Positions 10,348-19,000 of a stretch of 64,000 nucleotides of DNA are shown here, in pieces. Source of the DNA: Bacteroidales bacterium (GTDB lineage: Bacteria > Bacteroidota > Bacteroidia > Bacteroidales > PUMT01); contig JAWODJ010000058.1 in assembly GCA_046483315.1 (NCBI GenBank), positions 32,321 to 96,320 of the forward strand, given 5' to 3'. The notes under the pieces are model-generated. The model worked only from the letters and a program-made list of their open reading frames with translations, was not told where the DNA came from and searched no databases. Within the stretch, counting starts at the first letter, position 1; every line of letters begins with the position of its first letter. The translations under genes and the position numbers were made by a program.

Positions 10348-10660
10348 GATATGATCTCCGGTTTTGTTTTGAATTCTTTATATTTTTAAGGTAGTATTAA
10401 TATAATCAGCTAGTTGTATATGTTTACTGCTGCATATCGTAAAGTCTTTTTACAAAGAAAGATATGTAAATAAAATAAAAGAAAATCAATAATTCATCGA
10501 TTGCCGGTCTTTTTTTGGCAATTTATAATTATTCAATGAACTATCATAACCAGGCGGAAAAATTTATACCGGCAATCCGGGTTTTATCAGGCAGAAATCT
10601 GCCATTCGTACCGGGGCTTTCCGGACAGAAGATCCCGGTTTCGGGACAGGGTTTCAGCAA

Positions 10661-10792
10661 TTACCTGTTTTGTTTCTCTTCCCGGCCGGCGTTGCTTTCA
10701 AATATTCTGAGTGCGAAGAGGCTTGCCCTGTATGATAAAAATATTACAACGGGCCAGCTTAAAAGCCATAAAATGTTGGTTAAATAGTCCAT
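10661..10792 (-). CDS. Unannotated 43-codon ORF downstream of cydB; candidate CydX-like small subunit
   Basis: The minus-strand ATG at 10792 lies 21 nt after the cydB stop. Peptide: MDYLTNILWLLSWPVVIFLSYRASLFALRIFESNAGREEKQNR. It has one N-terminal TM helix and a charged tail. It falls below the ORF-track size cutoff. Confidence 0.3.
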   Translation of the reverse strand: MDYLTNILWLLSWPVVIFLSYRASLFALRIFESNAGREEKQNR

Positions 10793-10813
10793 ATCCTTTT
10801 GTTAACCGGGTTT

Positions 10814-11950
10814 TTAGTATACATGATGCTGTCCGCCTTCTTCCAGGTCTTCCGGATTGATCTTGTTTTTATCAATAGCTCTCCAGGTAAAGTAAATATA
10901 AGCAAGTACAACGGGGATAAAAAGTGAAATATAGCTCATGGCTGTAAGGGTATAGTGACTTGATGATGCATTTTCAATTGTCAGGGAGCTTTGAATGTCG
11001 TAAGAGGAGGGATAGAATGCAGTGTTGTTGTATCCAAGTATCCAGAACAGTGATAAAACAGTGGAAAATGTTCCGGGCCCTGCAAACCAGATACCCCGCC
11101 GGCTGTTTTTGAACCATGTTGAACCGATACCGTAAAGGACCAGTATGACTCCTGCAAGCAGAAGGAACAGTGCCACGGGCATCTGAAGGTAATTATAAAG
11201 GTATTTGTTACTTTCCATGAAGACCCGGCTGTTCTGGGGATCATATGCATAGCCGTCGTGCATGAAAATACTCAGCATGAAAATCAGGAAGAATGCAAGA
11301 AAAACAAGGGCATTAATTCCCGTTTGCTTTTTTGCTCTTGCGATGACAGTCTCGGAGTTTATGCTGGTAATTATATACAGAGCTCCCAGTGTACGTGCAA
11401 GAAAAACCAGTGCAAAGCCAAGCGCTAAATTTACGGGGTTCAGCAACAGATCAAGTCCGTATAACTCCGACTGCCAGTAAGAAAGATTGTATTCGCTCCT
11501 CAGGAAATTGCTGCCTGTGAAAAAGCTTGATACCACCACACCAATGAGAAATGTGCCAAGAAATCCGTTTAAATAGAGAAACCAGTCATAGGTTTTCTGA
11601 CCCAGAACGTTGCCCTTTTTTCGCCTGAACTCGAACGAAACCGCCTGCAGTACAAAGCAGACCAGAAATAATTTCCATGCATAATAGGCACCCCCGAATG
11701 TTGTGGCGTAGAAGAGGGGAAAAGAGGCAAACATTCCTGCTGCAAACATAATAAGGGTTGTGAATGTGAATTCCCATTTCCTGCCTATGGAGTTGATCAC
11801 CATATTTCTTTCGTTAACGTTTTGCCCGAGAACACCTGTCAGGGTCTGCCCTCCCTGCACAAAGAGCAAAAATACAAGCAATGACCCGACCACCGACATA
11901 AGGAACCACCAGTATTGCTGAAGCTGTAAATGGGTAAGTATTTCAAACAT
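10814..11950 (-). CDS. cydB: Cytochrome bd ubiquinol oxidase subunit II
   Basis: Polytopic protein. The start MFEILTHLQLQQYWW overlaps the cydA stop by 8 nt (AATAATGTTTGA). The track ORF extends upstream to 12013. Confidence 0.85.
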   Translation of the reverse strand: MFEILTHLQLQQYWWFLMSVVGSLLVFLLFVQGGQTLTGVLGQNVNERNMVINSIGRKWEFTFTTLIMFAAGMFASFPLFYATTFGGAYYAWKLFLVCFVLQAVSFEFRRKKGNVLGQKTYDWFLYLNGFLGTFLIGVVVSSFFTGSNFLRSEYNLSYWQSELYGLDLLLNPVNLALGFALVFLARTLGALYIITSINSETVIARAKKQTGINALVFLAFFLIFMLSIFMHDGYAYDPQNSRVFMESNKYLYNYLQMPVALFLLLAGVILVLYGIGSTWFKNSRRGIWFAGPGTFSTVLSLFWILGYNNTAFYPSSYDIQSSLTIENASSSHYTLTAMSYISLFIPVVLAYIYFTWRAIDKNKINPEDLEEGGQHHVY

Positions 11951-13493
11951 TATTGCCTCCTTTCTGCCGGGGACCTTTACGGATGGCTGCCAGCATGATT
12001 TTATACTCGGCAATCACCAGGACAGTCAGCATAGCCGCAAACATCCAGAATGTCAACAATACAGCAGTTGTATTTATATTTGATGTGGAAATCATTGTGG
12101 GCAGCAATCCCTGGATCGTCCAGGGCTGACGTCCAACTTCGGCCACTATCCATCCTGCCATTGATGATATAAATGCCAGGGGGAAGCACCAGATGGCAAG
12201 ACGTAAAAGCCATTTGTGGTTTTCCAGCCTGTTTTTGACAGTAAAAAAAACGATAAGGATAAACACCGGGACGAACAGTGAACCAAGGATTATCATTATC
12301 CTGAAGCTGTAGAAAACAAATGGTATGTTCGACATAATGCTCTCAGGCTCTGACAGGTGACCGTACCCCATATATTTGTAGTTTTCATCAAATATGGCTA
12401 TCGACTCCTCCATCTGCAGGGTGTTGTTTACTGCACGGGCTTCCCTGTAGTTTTCGAGAGCTTCCAGGGCAGCCCTTCCCCTCTCTTTCTTTTCGGTGGC
12501 CGAAAGGATTCCGTAACGGTCGTTCCCGTAGACCAGGTCGTTGACTCCCGGGACAAAGGCATTGGCATTTTTATAACCAAGGAAGGAAAGCATTTTGGGA
12601 ATTTCAATTTTCATCAGGAAATCATTTTCGCTGTCGCCGATTATTTTGGCGGGATTCAGGATACCGAAAAGAACCAGTCCCGCCCCTTCCTGACCGTCAT
12701 ACAGCCCTTCCATGGCTGCAAGCTTTGCAGGCTGGTGCTGTGCCACATTATATGCGGAGCGGTCGCCTGTAAGAACCACCATTAAAATACCTGTAAGGCC
12801 GAAAACAGATGCTATCACCATGCTTCTTTTGGCCAGCATAACTTCTCTTCTTTTGAGAAGGTACCAGCTGCTAATGGCTATTATGAAGAAAGCCCCGATT
12901 ACAAAGCAGGAAGTGATGGTGTGGATAAATTTATTAACGGCAAAAGGTGAAAGCAGCACTGCCCAGAAATCGACCATTTCATGCCTGGCAGTGTCAGGGT
13001 TGAAGCTCATTCCCACCGGGAGATTCATCCATGCATTTGCCGTTAGTATCCAGAGAGCCGAGAGGCTTGCCCCGAATGCCACCAGCCAGCATGAAACAAG
13101 GTGAAATTTTTTACCCACTCTTCCCCAGCCGAAAAACATGACTGCTACGAAGGTGGATTCCAGAAAAAAGGCCATTATGCCCTCTGCTGCAAGGGGTGCA
13201 CCGAAAATATCGCCGGCGATCCAGGAAAAGTTGGACCAGTTGGTACCGAACTCAAGACCGAGAATAATCCCGGTCCCCACACCTATGGCGAAATTGATGC
13301 CGAACAGTTTCGCCCAGAATTTTGCAATGCGTTCCCACTCAGGGTTGCCGGTTTTTAAATATATTGTCTGCGCAATGGCTATTATGTAGGTGGTGCCAAT
13401 AGTGACAGGGATAAACAGCCAGTGATACAGGACAACCATGGCAAACTGACCGCGCGACCAGTTGACAAGTGCAAAGTCAATGTTTTCTATCAT
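11943..13493 (-). CDS. cydA: Cytochrome bd ubiquinol oxidase subunit I
   Basis: GAPLAAEGIMAFFLESTF and a Q-loop region, with an N-terminus like E. coli CydA when started at MIENIDFALV (13493). The track start is 13520. Confidence 0.9.
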   Translation of the reverse strand: MIENIDFALVNWSRGQFAMVVLYHWLFIPVTIGTTYIIAIAQTIYLKTGNPEWERIAKFWAKLFGINFAIGVGTGIILGLEFGTNWSNFSWIAGDIFGAPLAAEGIMAFFLESTFVAVMFFGWGRVGKKFHLVSCWLVAFGASLSALWILTANAWMNLPVGMSFNPDTARHEMVDFWAVLLSPFAVNKFIHTITSCFVIGAFFIIAISSWYLLKRREVMLAKRSMVIASVFGLTGILMVVLTGDRSAYNVAQHQPAKLAAMEGLYDGQEGAGLVLFGILNPAKIIGDSENDFLMKIEIPKMLSFLGYKNANAFVPGVNDLVYGNDRYGILSATEKKERGRAALEALENYREARAVNNTLQMEESIAIFDENYKYMGYGHLSEPESIMSNIPFVFYSFRIMIILGSLFVPVFILIVFFTVKNRLENHKWLLRLAIWCFPLAFISSMAGWIVAEVGRQPWTIQGLLPTMISTSNINTTAVLLTFWMFAAMLTVLVIAEYKIMLAAIRKGPRQKGGNNV

Positions 13494-13728
13494 AAATGGA
13501 TTGTTTTTCGGTGTTGACAAGATCTCTGATTACCTGTTCACTTCGTTGTTCATCACTCTCGTAGTGAGGCGACAGGTATTTTGGGTAAAGGAAGCCTTTG
13601 AGAAAAACATAAAAAACCAAAAACTTGATAAATACGATTAAAATCAAAATCCTTGCCAGTGAGGGATTCCTTATAATGATAAGAATGCCCGATGACATTT
13701 TAACTATCATGTTAAGAAGCTTCTTCAT
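13477..13728 (-). CDS. Small membrane protein preceding cydA (DUF4492-like)
   Basis: 83 aa with one or two hydrophobic segments. Its 3' end overlaps the cydA start. From memory, this position in Bacteroidota cyd operons is occupied by the DUF4492 family. Confidence 0.5.
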   Translation of the reverse strand: MKKLLNMIVKMSSGILIIIRNPSLARILILIVFIKFLVFYVFLKGFLYPKYLSPHYESDEQRSEQVIRDLVNTEKQSIYDRKH

Positions 13729-14104
13729 TCGGCAGACAGATACAATGCTTATATCCCTGTAACTCCTGGGTTACCGGCCTGAGGATGACAGGCAGGGAGA
13801 AAACAGACAATCCAAATATCGAAAAAATGTTATTAAGAATGAAAATATATAAACACGGCAAAGCCGGCGACAATGCAACTGTAACATTAAGAACGGGCAG
13901 GGATTAAGTAACTGGATACCAATTTATAAGTTTTATTTTTTAATTATTTTTGTAAATTGCATTTACGGAGAATAATGTTAATATCAGTACCAGCTTGCTT
14001 TGGTGTAAGAAATCAGTTGTTTTGTCAAATTGCCATAACCTTTTTTAATAATATACGTTATTACATATTAATAGGATAACCAATTTGTTTTTAAAACACT
14101 AAAT

Positions 14105-16042
14105 ATGACAATCATGAAAGCATTAAGGTCTTTACTAATGATTTTTGCACTGTTTGCCTTGATACTGGCGGCATGTGAAAAGGATCCCGTTGAAGACCGT
14201 CTTAAACAGGAGGAAATGATTATTGACAATGATCTTTCCAGCCTGAGCAGGAGGGTAGGGATCATTGAAGGAGGCAGGGTAATGCCGATATTGCCCGTTG
14301 ATCATATCACGGATACGAAAGGACTGAAGAGCGGCACTGTTCAGTCCCGGTATGAGATATATCTTCGGGCGGAGGTTGACCCTCCGGTTTATGAAGGCAA
14401 AACGTTGCAGGCTTCCCACATCAAAATTGTCGGAAACAATGCTTTTGTGACTTACAACCGCCAGGGACCTGAGTACCTGGGAGGCGTCGATGTTTTCGAT
14501 ATTTCCGACATTGAAAACCCGGTGCTGATACAGGGCGTTGTTTTCCCTGAAAAGGATATCAGTTCAATTGATATTGATCCCCAGGGTACGGGGAATAATA
14601 ACCATATATATCTTACCGGTGCCTATAATCCTGATTTTGATCAACTCGGACTGGAGTCGCCTGCAGTGGTTGAAAGGTTTATTGCCAATAAGGCAAACCA
14701 GTTCATGCATATGGAAGATCCCCGTCAGTACAGGGACCTTCCAAGTTATGCCGGCAATGATGTAAGGTATCACAGTGCCGGTAACCAGGTTGTTTATGCT
14801 ACTTCCGGGTCGGATGGCGGACTTACGATCCTGAACCAGGGAATGAACCAGACCCGGTATATTCCCATTTCCTATGCCCGTTCAATCGACACTGACGGTC
14901 AGCACCTTTTGGCATACAGTGCCGGGCAGAACAAACTGATAGTCATGAACATGAACGGTGATGTCGGGATGGAGATTCCCACCGGAGGGGAGCATTTTGA
15001 TGAGGACGGGAAATATCTGGAAGCCAAATCCATTGTAAGGCTTAAGGATAACCTGGCATTAGTTGCTGCCGGTACGGGAGGCATGGAGATATACAACATA
15101 GATAACGGTGAGAAAGTTGGTTCTCTGCCCAGGCCGGTTGAATTTGAGACTGCCGATACACCCCTTAACTATGTTACCAACGGAGTTTCCGTTAATGAGA
15201 AGCTGGTGCTGGTTGCAAACGGTGGTTCGGGAGTACATATAGCTGAAATGGATGATTCAAAATCAGATATTGTCAGGTCAATCGGTAAATTCATGTTTGA
15301 GTACGGCTCTTCTGCAAATTTTGTTGAAGCGCAGGACAACAAGGTTTTTGTTGCAACAGGAAAAGGGGGACTGAAAATACTTGAAATTGTGGAACTGGAA
15401 CCCACTGAGCCTTGTGAAACGCTTTGGGACAGGGTGGTAGAGCTTTTCCCCGAAAGGGGCAGTATCCACGAAGAAGATCACCCCGCACATGACCTGTCGC
15501 AGGAGGGACTGCCCGGCACAATAGAACTTACCGATGAGGCACCTGTTTATATCACCTTCCTGCATAACGGCGCCGGCTGGCACAACAGGTTCGGATATTA
15601 TGCATACCACAAAGACGATGTACCTGATTCGCCTGATGATATTGAAAAAAACATCATCTATTCTTACGTCAACGAAAACACCAACGGTGAAGAAAGGCAG
15701 ATGGGTGAAAGAGTCAGGCTGGGTGGAAATGAGACGGTTTTCCCTGCCGGCACCGTTATTGGTTTTTATATAGTTGCAGATGGATGGGATCCGGATCTGA
15801 ACCAGCAAAAAGAACCCAGGCACACTGTTTACACCACACCGGAATTCAATCCGTCAGGAGTGCGTAAGCATGTACTTTTTCTTGAGAAAGATTGCTTTAA
15901 CATAGTGCTTGGCTTTGAGGATATGCTGGATGGCAGTGATGAGGATTTCAATGATATTATCTTCACAATTTCCAACGGTGATGATATCTGGGGAGTGGAA
16001 CACAATGATGCCATAGACACAGAGGGGCTTCCCGAAAAATAG
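14105..16042 (+). CDS. Lipoprotein with beta-propeller-like (LVIVD-type) repeats and a C-terminal DUF4114-like domain
   Basis: Lipobox ILAAC. Recurrent G-G-[LMV]-x-I-[LYF] blades (GGVDVFDISD, GGLTILNQG, GGMEIYNID, GGLKILEIV). The C-terminus has GFEDMLDGSDEDFNDIIF. Confidence 0.6.
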   Translation: MTIMKALRSLLMIFALFALILAACEKDPVEDRLKQEEMIIDNDLSSLSRRVGIIEGGRVMPILPVDHITDTKGLKSGTVQSRYEIYLRAEVDPPVYEGKTLQASHIKIVGNNAFVTYNRQGPEYLGGVDVFDISDIENPVLIQGVVFPEKDISSIDIDPQGTGNNNHIYLTGAYNPDFDQLGLESPAVVERFIANKANQFMHMEDPRQYRDLPSYAGNDVRYHSAGNQVVYATSGSDGGLTILNQGMNQTRYIPISYARSIDTDGQHLLAYSAGQNKLIVMNMNGDVGMEIPTGGEHFDEDGKYLEAKSIVRLKDNLALVAAGTGGMEIYNIDNGEKVGSLPRPVEFETADTPLNYVTNGVSVNEKLVLVANGGSGVHIAEMDDSKSDIVRSIGKFMFEYGSSANFVEAQDNKVFVATGKGGLKILEIVELEPTEPCETLWDRVVELFPERGSIHEEDHPAHDLSQEGLPGTIELTDEAPVYITFLHNGAGWHNRFGYYAYHKDDVPDSPDDIEKNIIYSYVNENTNGEERQMGERVRLGGNETVFPAGTVIGFYIVADGWDPDLNQQKEPRHTVYTTPEFNPSGVRKHVLFLEKDCFNIVLGFEDMLDGSDEDFNDIIFTISNGDDIWGVEHNDAIDTEGLPEK

Positions 16043-16065
16043 TGATTTTTTTATGATTTTGCAGG

Positions 16066-16095
16066 GGTCGCCACCAAAAAAGGGGCGGCCTTTTT
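16066..16095 (+). terminator. Putative intrinsic terminator after the lipoprotein gene
   Basis: GGTCGCC(16066-72) pairs with GGCGGCC(16084-90), including one G-U pair, and is followed by TTTTT. An alternative AAAAAGG/CCTTTTT pairing is possible. Confidence 0.5.
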
Positions 16096-16117
16096 GCATT
16101 AATAAAAAAACTACTTT

Positions 16118-16125
16118 TATTTTTG
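16118..16125 (+). promoter_or_regulatory. Bacteroidota-type -7 promoter element (TAnnTTTG)
   Basis: TATTTTTG lies 18 nt upstream of the chorismate mutase ATG. Confidence 0.4.
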
Positions 16126-16142
16126 CCTTCAAAACCATTATA

Positions 16143-16418
16143 ATGACAGAGCTGGAAAAATACCGGGAGAATATAGACCGGATCGACAAACAACTGATTA
16201 ATCTTATGGCTGAACGATTCAGGTATTCAGCACAGATAGGCGCAATAAAAAAGAGTGAGGGGTTGTCAGTACTGCAATCGGAAAGGTGGGATGAGATTAT
16301 CTCTTCAAGGAGGGAGTATGCCGCAAAAGCGGGACTTTCGGAGAAATTCACAGGGGAGATCTTTCAGCATATCCACGATGAGTCGATAAGGATACAGCAG
16401 GAAATTGCCGGCAGGTAA
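16143..16418 (+). CDS. Chorismate mutase, monofunctional AroQ class
   Basis: 91 aa. YRENIDRIDKQLINLMAERF matches the AroQ helix-1 pattern. The track ORF starts at 16053 but runs through the terminator and promoter. Confidence 0.8.
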   Translation: MTELEKYRENIDRIDKQLINLMAERFRYSAQIGAIKKSEGLSVLQSERWDEIISSRREYAAKAGLSEKFTGEIFQHIHDESIRIQQEIAGR

Positions 16419-16487
16419 TTTTTCAGCTTTTGCGCTGTTATGCCGGCATCGTTAGTGTCAGACCAGATATCTTAAGGCAGTTGTTTT

Positions 16488-17261
16488 TCAGGCCGGCTGA
16501 CTTTGATCTTCCCTTTCGGGGGAAAAGACCAGGATAAGAGACAGCAGAATATACCAGATTATTATTACCGGTATGGCCATGATGCCTAACCAGACCAGAA
16601 GAAGAATGGAGGGAAGCACGAAGAGGTACCTAATCCTGTTGCCGGTAAACCGGAAATGGTTGAACTTAATGTTGAACATAGGCAGGGGGACCACCATAAG
16701 AAGCGAAAGGATTATGCCCATTGACAACAGCACCCCGGTATTCAACAGCGCCTGCTGAATCCATCCTGTATCTGTGGTAAAGAGAATGTATCCTGCAGAG
16801 GCAATGAAAATGCCGGCTGCCGGAGAAGGGAGCCCGCTGAAAACATCATCCTGGTTTTGAGAAAGATTAAACATGGCAAGGCGGATGGCGGCAAATATTA
16901 CCGGCATGAAGGATGTCGCAAGAATAATCGTTTCGGCGCCTGATAACATATCAAGGCTGAAAACCGGGGTTACTGTAACGAGTGACATTCTGAGCAGGTG
17001 GAAAAGTATAAAGGAGGGGGCTACACCGAAACTGACAATGTCGGCCAGGGAGTCCAGCTCTCTTCCAAAGTTTGAGTATGCACCAAGCAACCTTGCCGCC
17101 AGTCCGTCGGCAAAATCAAACACTCCTGCAACCAGTACCATCAGTCCCGCCAGCGCAATATCATGAAAGCTCAACATGACAGCCATGCAGCCTGATAACA
17201 GGTTCAGCATGGTAAAGGTGCTTGGTACACTGTTTTTAAGTGATCTTAAAAGGCCGGCCAT
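16488..17261 (-). CDS. pssA: CDP-diacylglycerol--serine O-phosphatidyltransferase
   Basis: CDP-alcohol phosphatidyltransferase motif DFADGLAARLLGAYSNFGRELDSLADIVSFG in a polytopic protein. Confidence 0.85.
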   Translation of the reverse strand: MAGLLRSLKNSVPSTFTMLNLLSGCMAVMLSFHDIALAGLMVLVAGVFDFADGLAARLLGAYSNFGRELDSLADIVSFGVAPSFILFHLLRMSLVTVTPVFSLDMLSGAETIILATSFMPVIFAAIRLAMFNLSQNQDDVFSGLPSPAAGIFIASAGYILFTTDTGWIQQALLNTGVLLSMGIILSLLMVVPLPMFNIKFNHFRFTGNRIRYLFVLPSILLLVWLGIMAIPVIIIWYILLSLILVFSPEREDQSQPA

Positions 17262-17406
17262 TATCAGATTATTTTAGATATGCCCCGTGACGGGTGATTA
17301 TTTACAATAAATTATTGTAAAAGTAAGTTAAAAATGATAGTTTGCATCGAAACAACCCTGAATTATATCTCATGGCAATCGTTTTAATAATTTTATTCTG
17401 CAAATA

Positions 17407-18495
17407 TTGAAAGGGAAACAGCATATCTGCATCTTTCTTTTTTCCTTGCTGAATCTTTTGGCATCAGGCGTTTATGGCCAGTCCGCCAAATATTCCAATG
17501 AATTTTTAAATGTTGGTGTGGGGGCCAGATCAATTGGTATGGGAAGGGCTTTTATTGCTTCTGCTGATGATGTTACCGCAGCTTACTGGAATCCGGCCGG
17601 ACTTGCGGGATTGTCGGGAAGGCATCAGGCCGGACTGATGCATGCACAGTATTTTGCAGGTATTGCCAAATTTGATTACATGGGTGCAGGAAGCCGGCTT
17701 GATGGAAAGAGTGCCCTGGGAGTCTCGGTTTTACGTTACGGGGTTGATGATATTCCCAATACTGTTGACCTGCTGGATGCCGGAGGAAATATTGACTATG
17801 ACCGTATAACTACTTTTTCTGTTGCTGATTATGCCCTTCTGCTTTCATATTCACGGTCATCTGCTGTAAAAGGCCTGGATCTTGGCGGCAATCTGAAGAT
17901 CATAAGACGTCTGGTCGGCGAATTTGCTTCCGCCTGGGGGTTCGGGATAGACCTTGCAGCAAGGTATAAGGCAGATCACTGGGTTTTTGGTGCTGTTATG
18001 CGTGATGCCACAAGTACTTTCAACGCCTGGCAGTTCAATGACGAAAACCTTGTTATAGAGGTTGCCGATTCGGTATTTAACCGTTCTCCGGACAATTCGC
18101 TGGAGCTTACGCTTCCCCGTTTGTACCTTGGGGTGGCACGTACCTTTACAATTAATGAAAAGATATCCCTCCTCACCGAAGTGAACGCGTCTGTCTCTTT
18201 TGACGGGAAAAGTTCTGCACTGTTGAGCAGCCGCCTGATCGGCACAGAGCCTGTGGCAGGCCTTGAAGTTAATTACGGAAACCTGGTCTTTTTTCGTGCC
18301 GGACTTGGTAATCTGCAGCGAATTACTGAATTTGGCGGACAAAAACAGTTGCTGGCAGATCCTTCGGTTGGACTCGGACTCCAGCTGGGAGGTTTTTATC
18401 TTGATTATGCTATGAGCAATATTTCCCCGCGTACAATATCCCTGTATTCGAATATTTTTTCAGTGAGATATGTATTCGGAGGGAATGATGAATAA
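17407..18495 (+). CDS. PorV/PorQ-family (FadL-like) outer-membrane beta-barrel protein
   Basis: TTG start and a signal peptide. VGVGARSIGMGRAFIASADDVTAAYWNPAGLAGL resembles the family N-terminal motif. The sequence shows alternating beta-strand character and an aromatic C-terminal region. Confidence 0.5.
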   Translation: MKGKQHICIFLFSLLNLLASGVYGQSAKYSNEFLNVGVGARSIGMGRAFIASADDVTAAYWNPAGLAGLSGRHQAGLMHAQYFAGIAKFDYMGAGSRLDGKSALGVSVLRYGVDDIPNTVDLLDAGGNIDYDRITTFSVADYALLLSYSRSSAVKGLDLGGNLKIIRRLVGEFASAWGFGIDLAARYKADHWVFGAVMRDATSTFNAWQFNDENLVIEVADSVFNRSPDNSLELTLPRLYLGVARTFTINEKISLLTEVNASVSFDGKSSALLSSRLIGTEPVAGLEVNYGNLVFFRAGLGNLQRITEFGGQKQLLADPSVGLGLQLGGFYLDYAMSNISPRTISLYSNIFSVRYVFGGNDE

Positions 18496-18531
18496 CCAAT
18501 TGTTTTTTATATATAACAGACCTGACCGGTA

Positions 18532-18954
18532 ATGAAGATCGCAGTTGATTTTGACGGAACCATAGTGGAAGATGCATATCCCGATATCGGCAAACCTATG
18601 CTTTTTGCATTTGAAACACTGAAAGAATTGCAAAAAATGAATCACCAGATTATCTTGTGGACGTACCGGACTGGTGCGGAGCTTGATGAGGCTGTCGGGT
18701 TTTGCAGGGAAAACGGCCTTGAGTTTTATGCTGTTAACCGAAGTTACCCGGAGGAGGCGTATGATGAGAGGGACAGCAGAAAAATCCATGCCCATATTTT
18801 TATTGACGACAGGAATCTCGGGGGGTTTCCGGGGTGGAGCAGGGTATGGCAAATGCTTGGCAGTGATGCTGACGGTAGCGATAACACTATGTTCAACCCG
18901 CCGGACGGAAGGAGACCGGGTTTCTGGCAGAGGATACTGGGAAGGAGGATATGA
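18532..18954 (+). CDS. Small HAD-like hydrolase
   Basis: N-terminal DFDGT (DxDxT) motif. 140 aa. Confidence 0.5.
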   Translation: MKIAVDFDGTIVEDAYPDIGKPMLFAFETLKELQKMNHQIILWTYRTGAELDEAVGFCRENGLEFYAVNRSYPEEAYDERDSRKIHAHIFIDDRNLGGFPGWSRVWQMLGSDADGSDNTMFNPPDGRRPGFWQRILGRRI

Positions 18955-19000
18955 TAAATATTAATGAAACAGCCCGGCCGGCTAACAATAATTTATTCGA

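Noticed and set aside
10515-10787. 90-aa plus-strand ORF (TTG start) in the gap between cydB and the SCO gene
   Set aside because: It has a non-ATG start, no motifs, and an orientation opposite to both flanking operons. The minus-strand 43-codon CydX-like ORF explains the region better.
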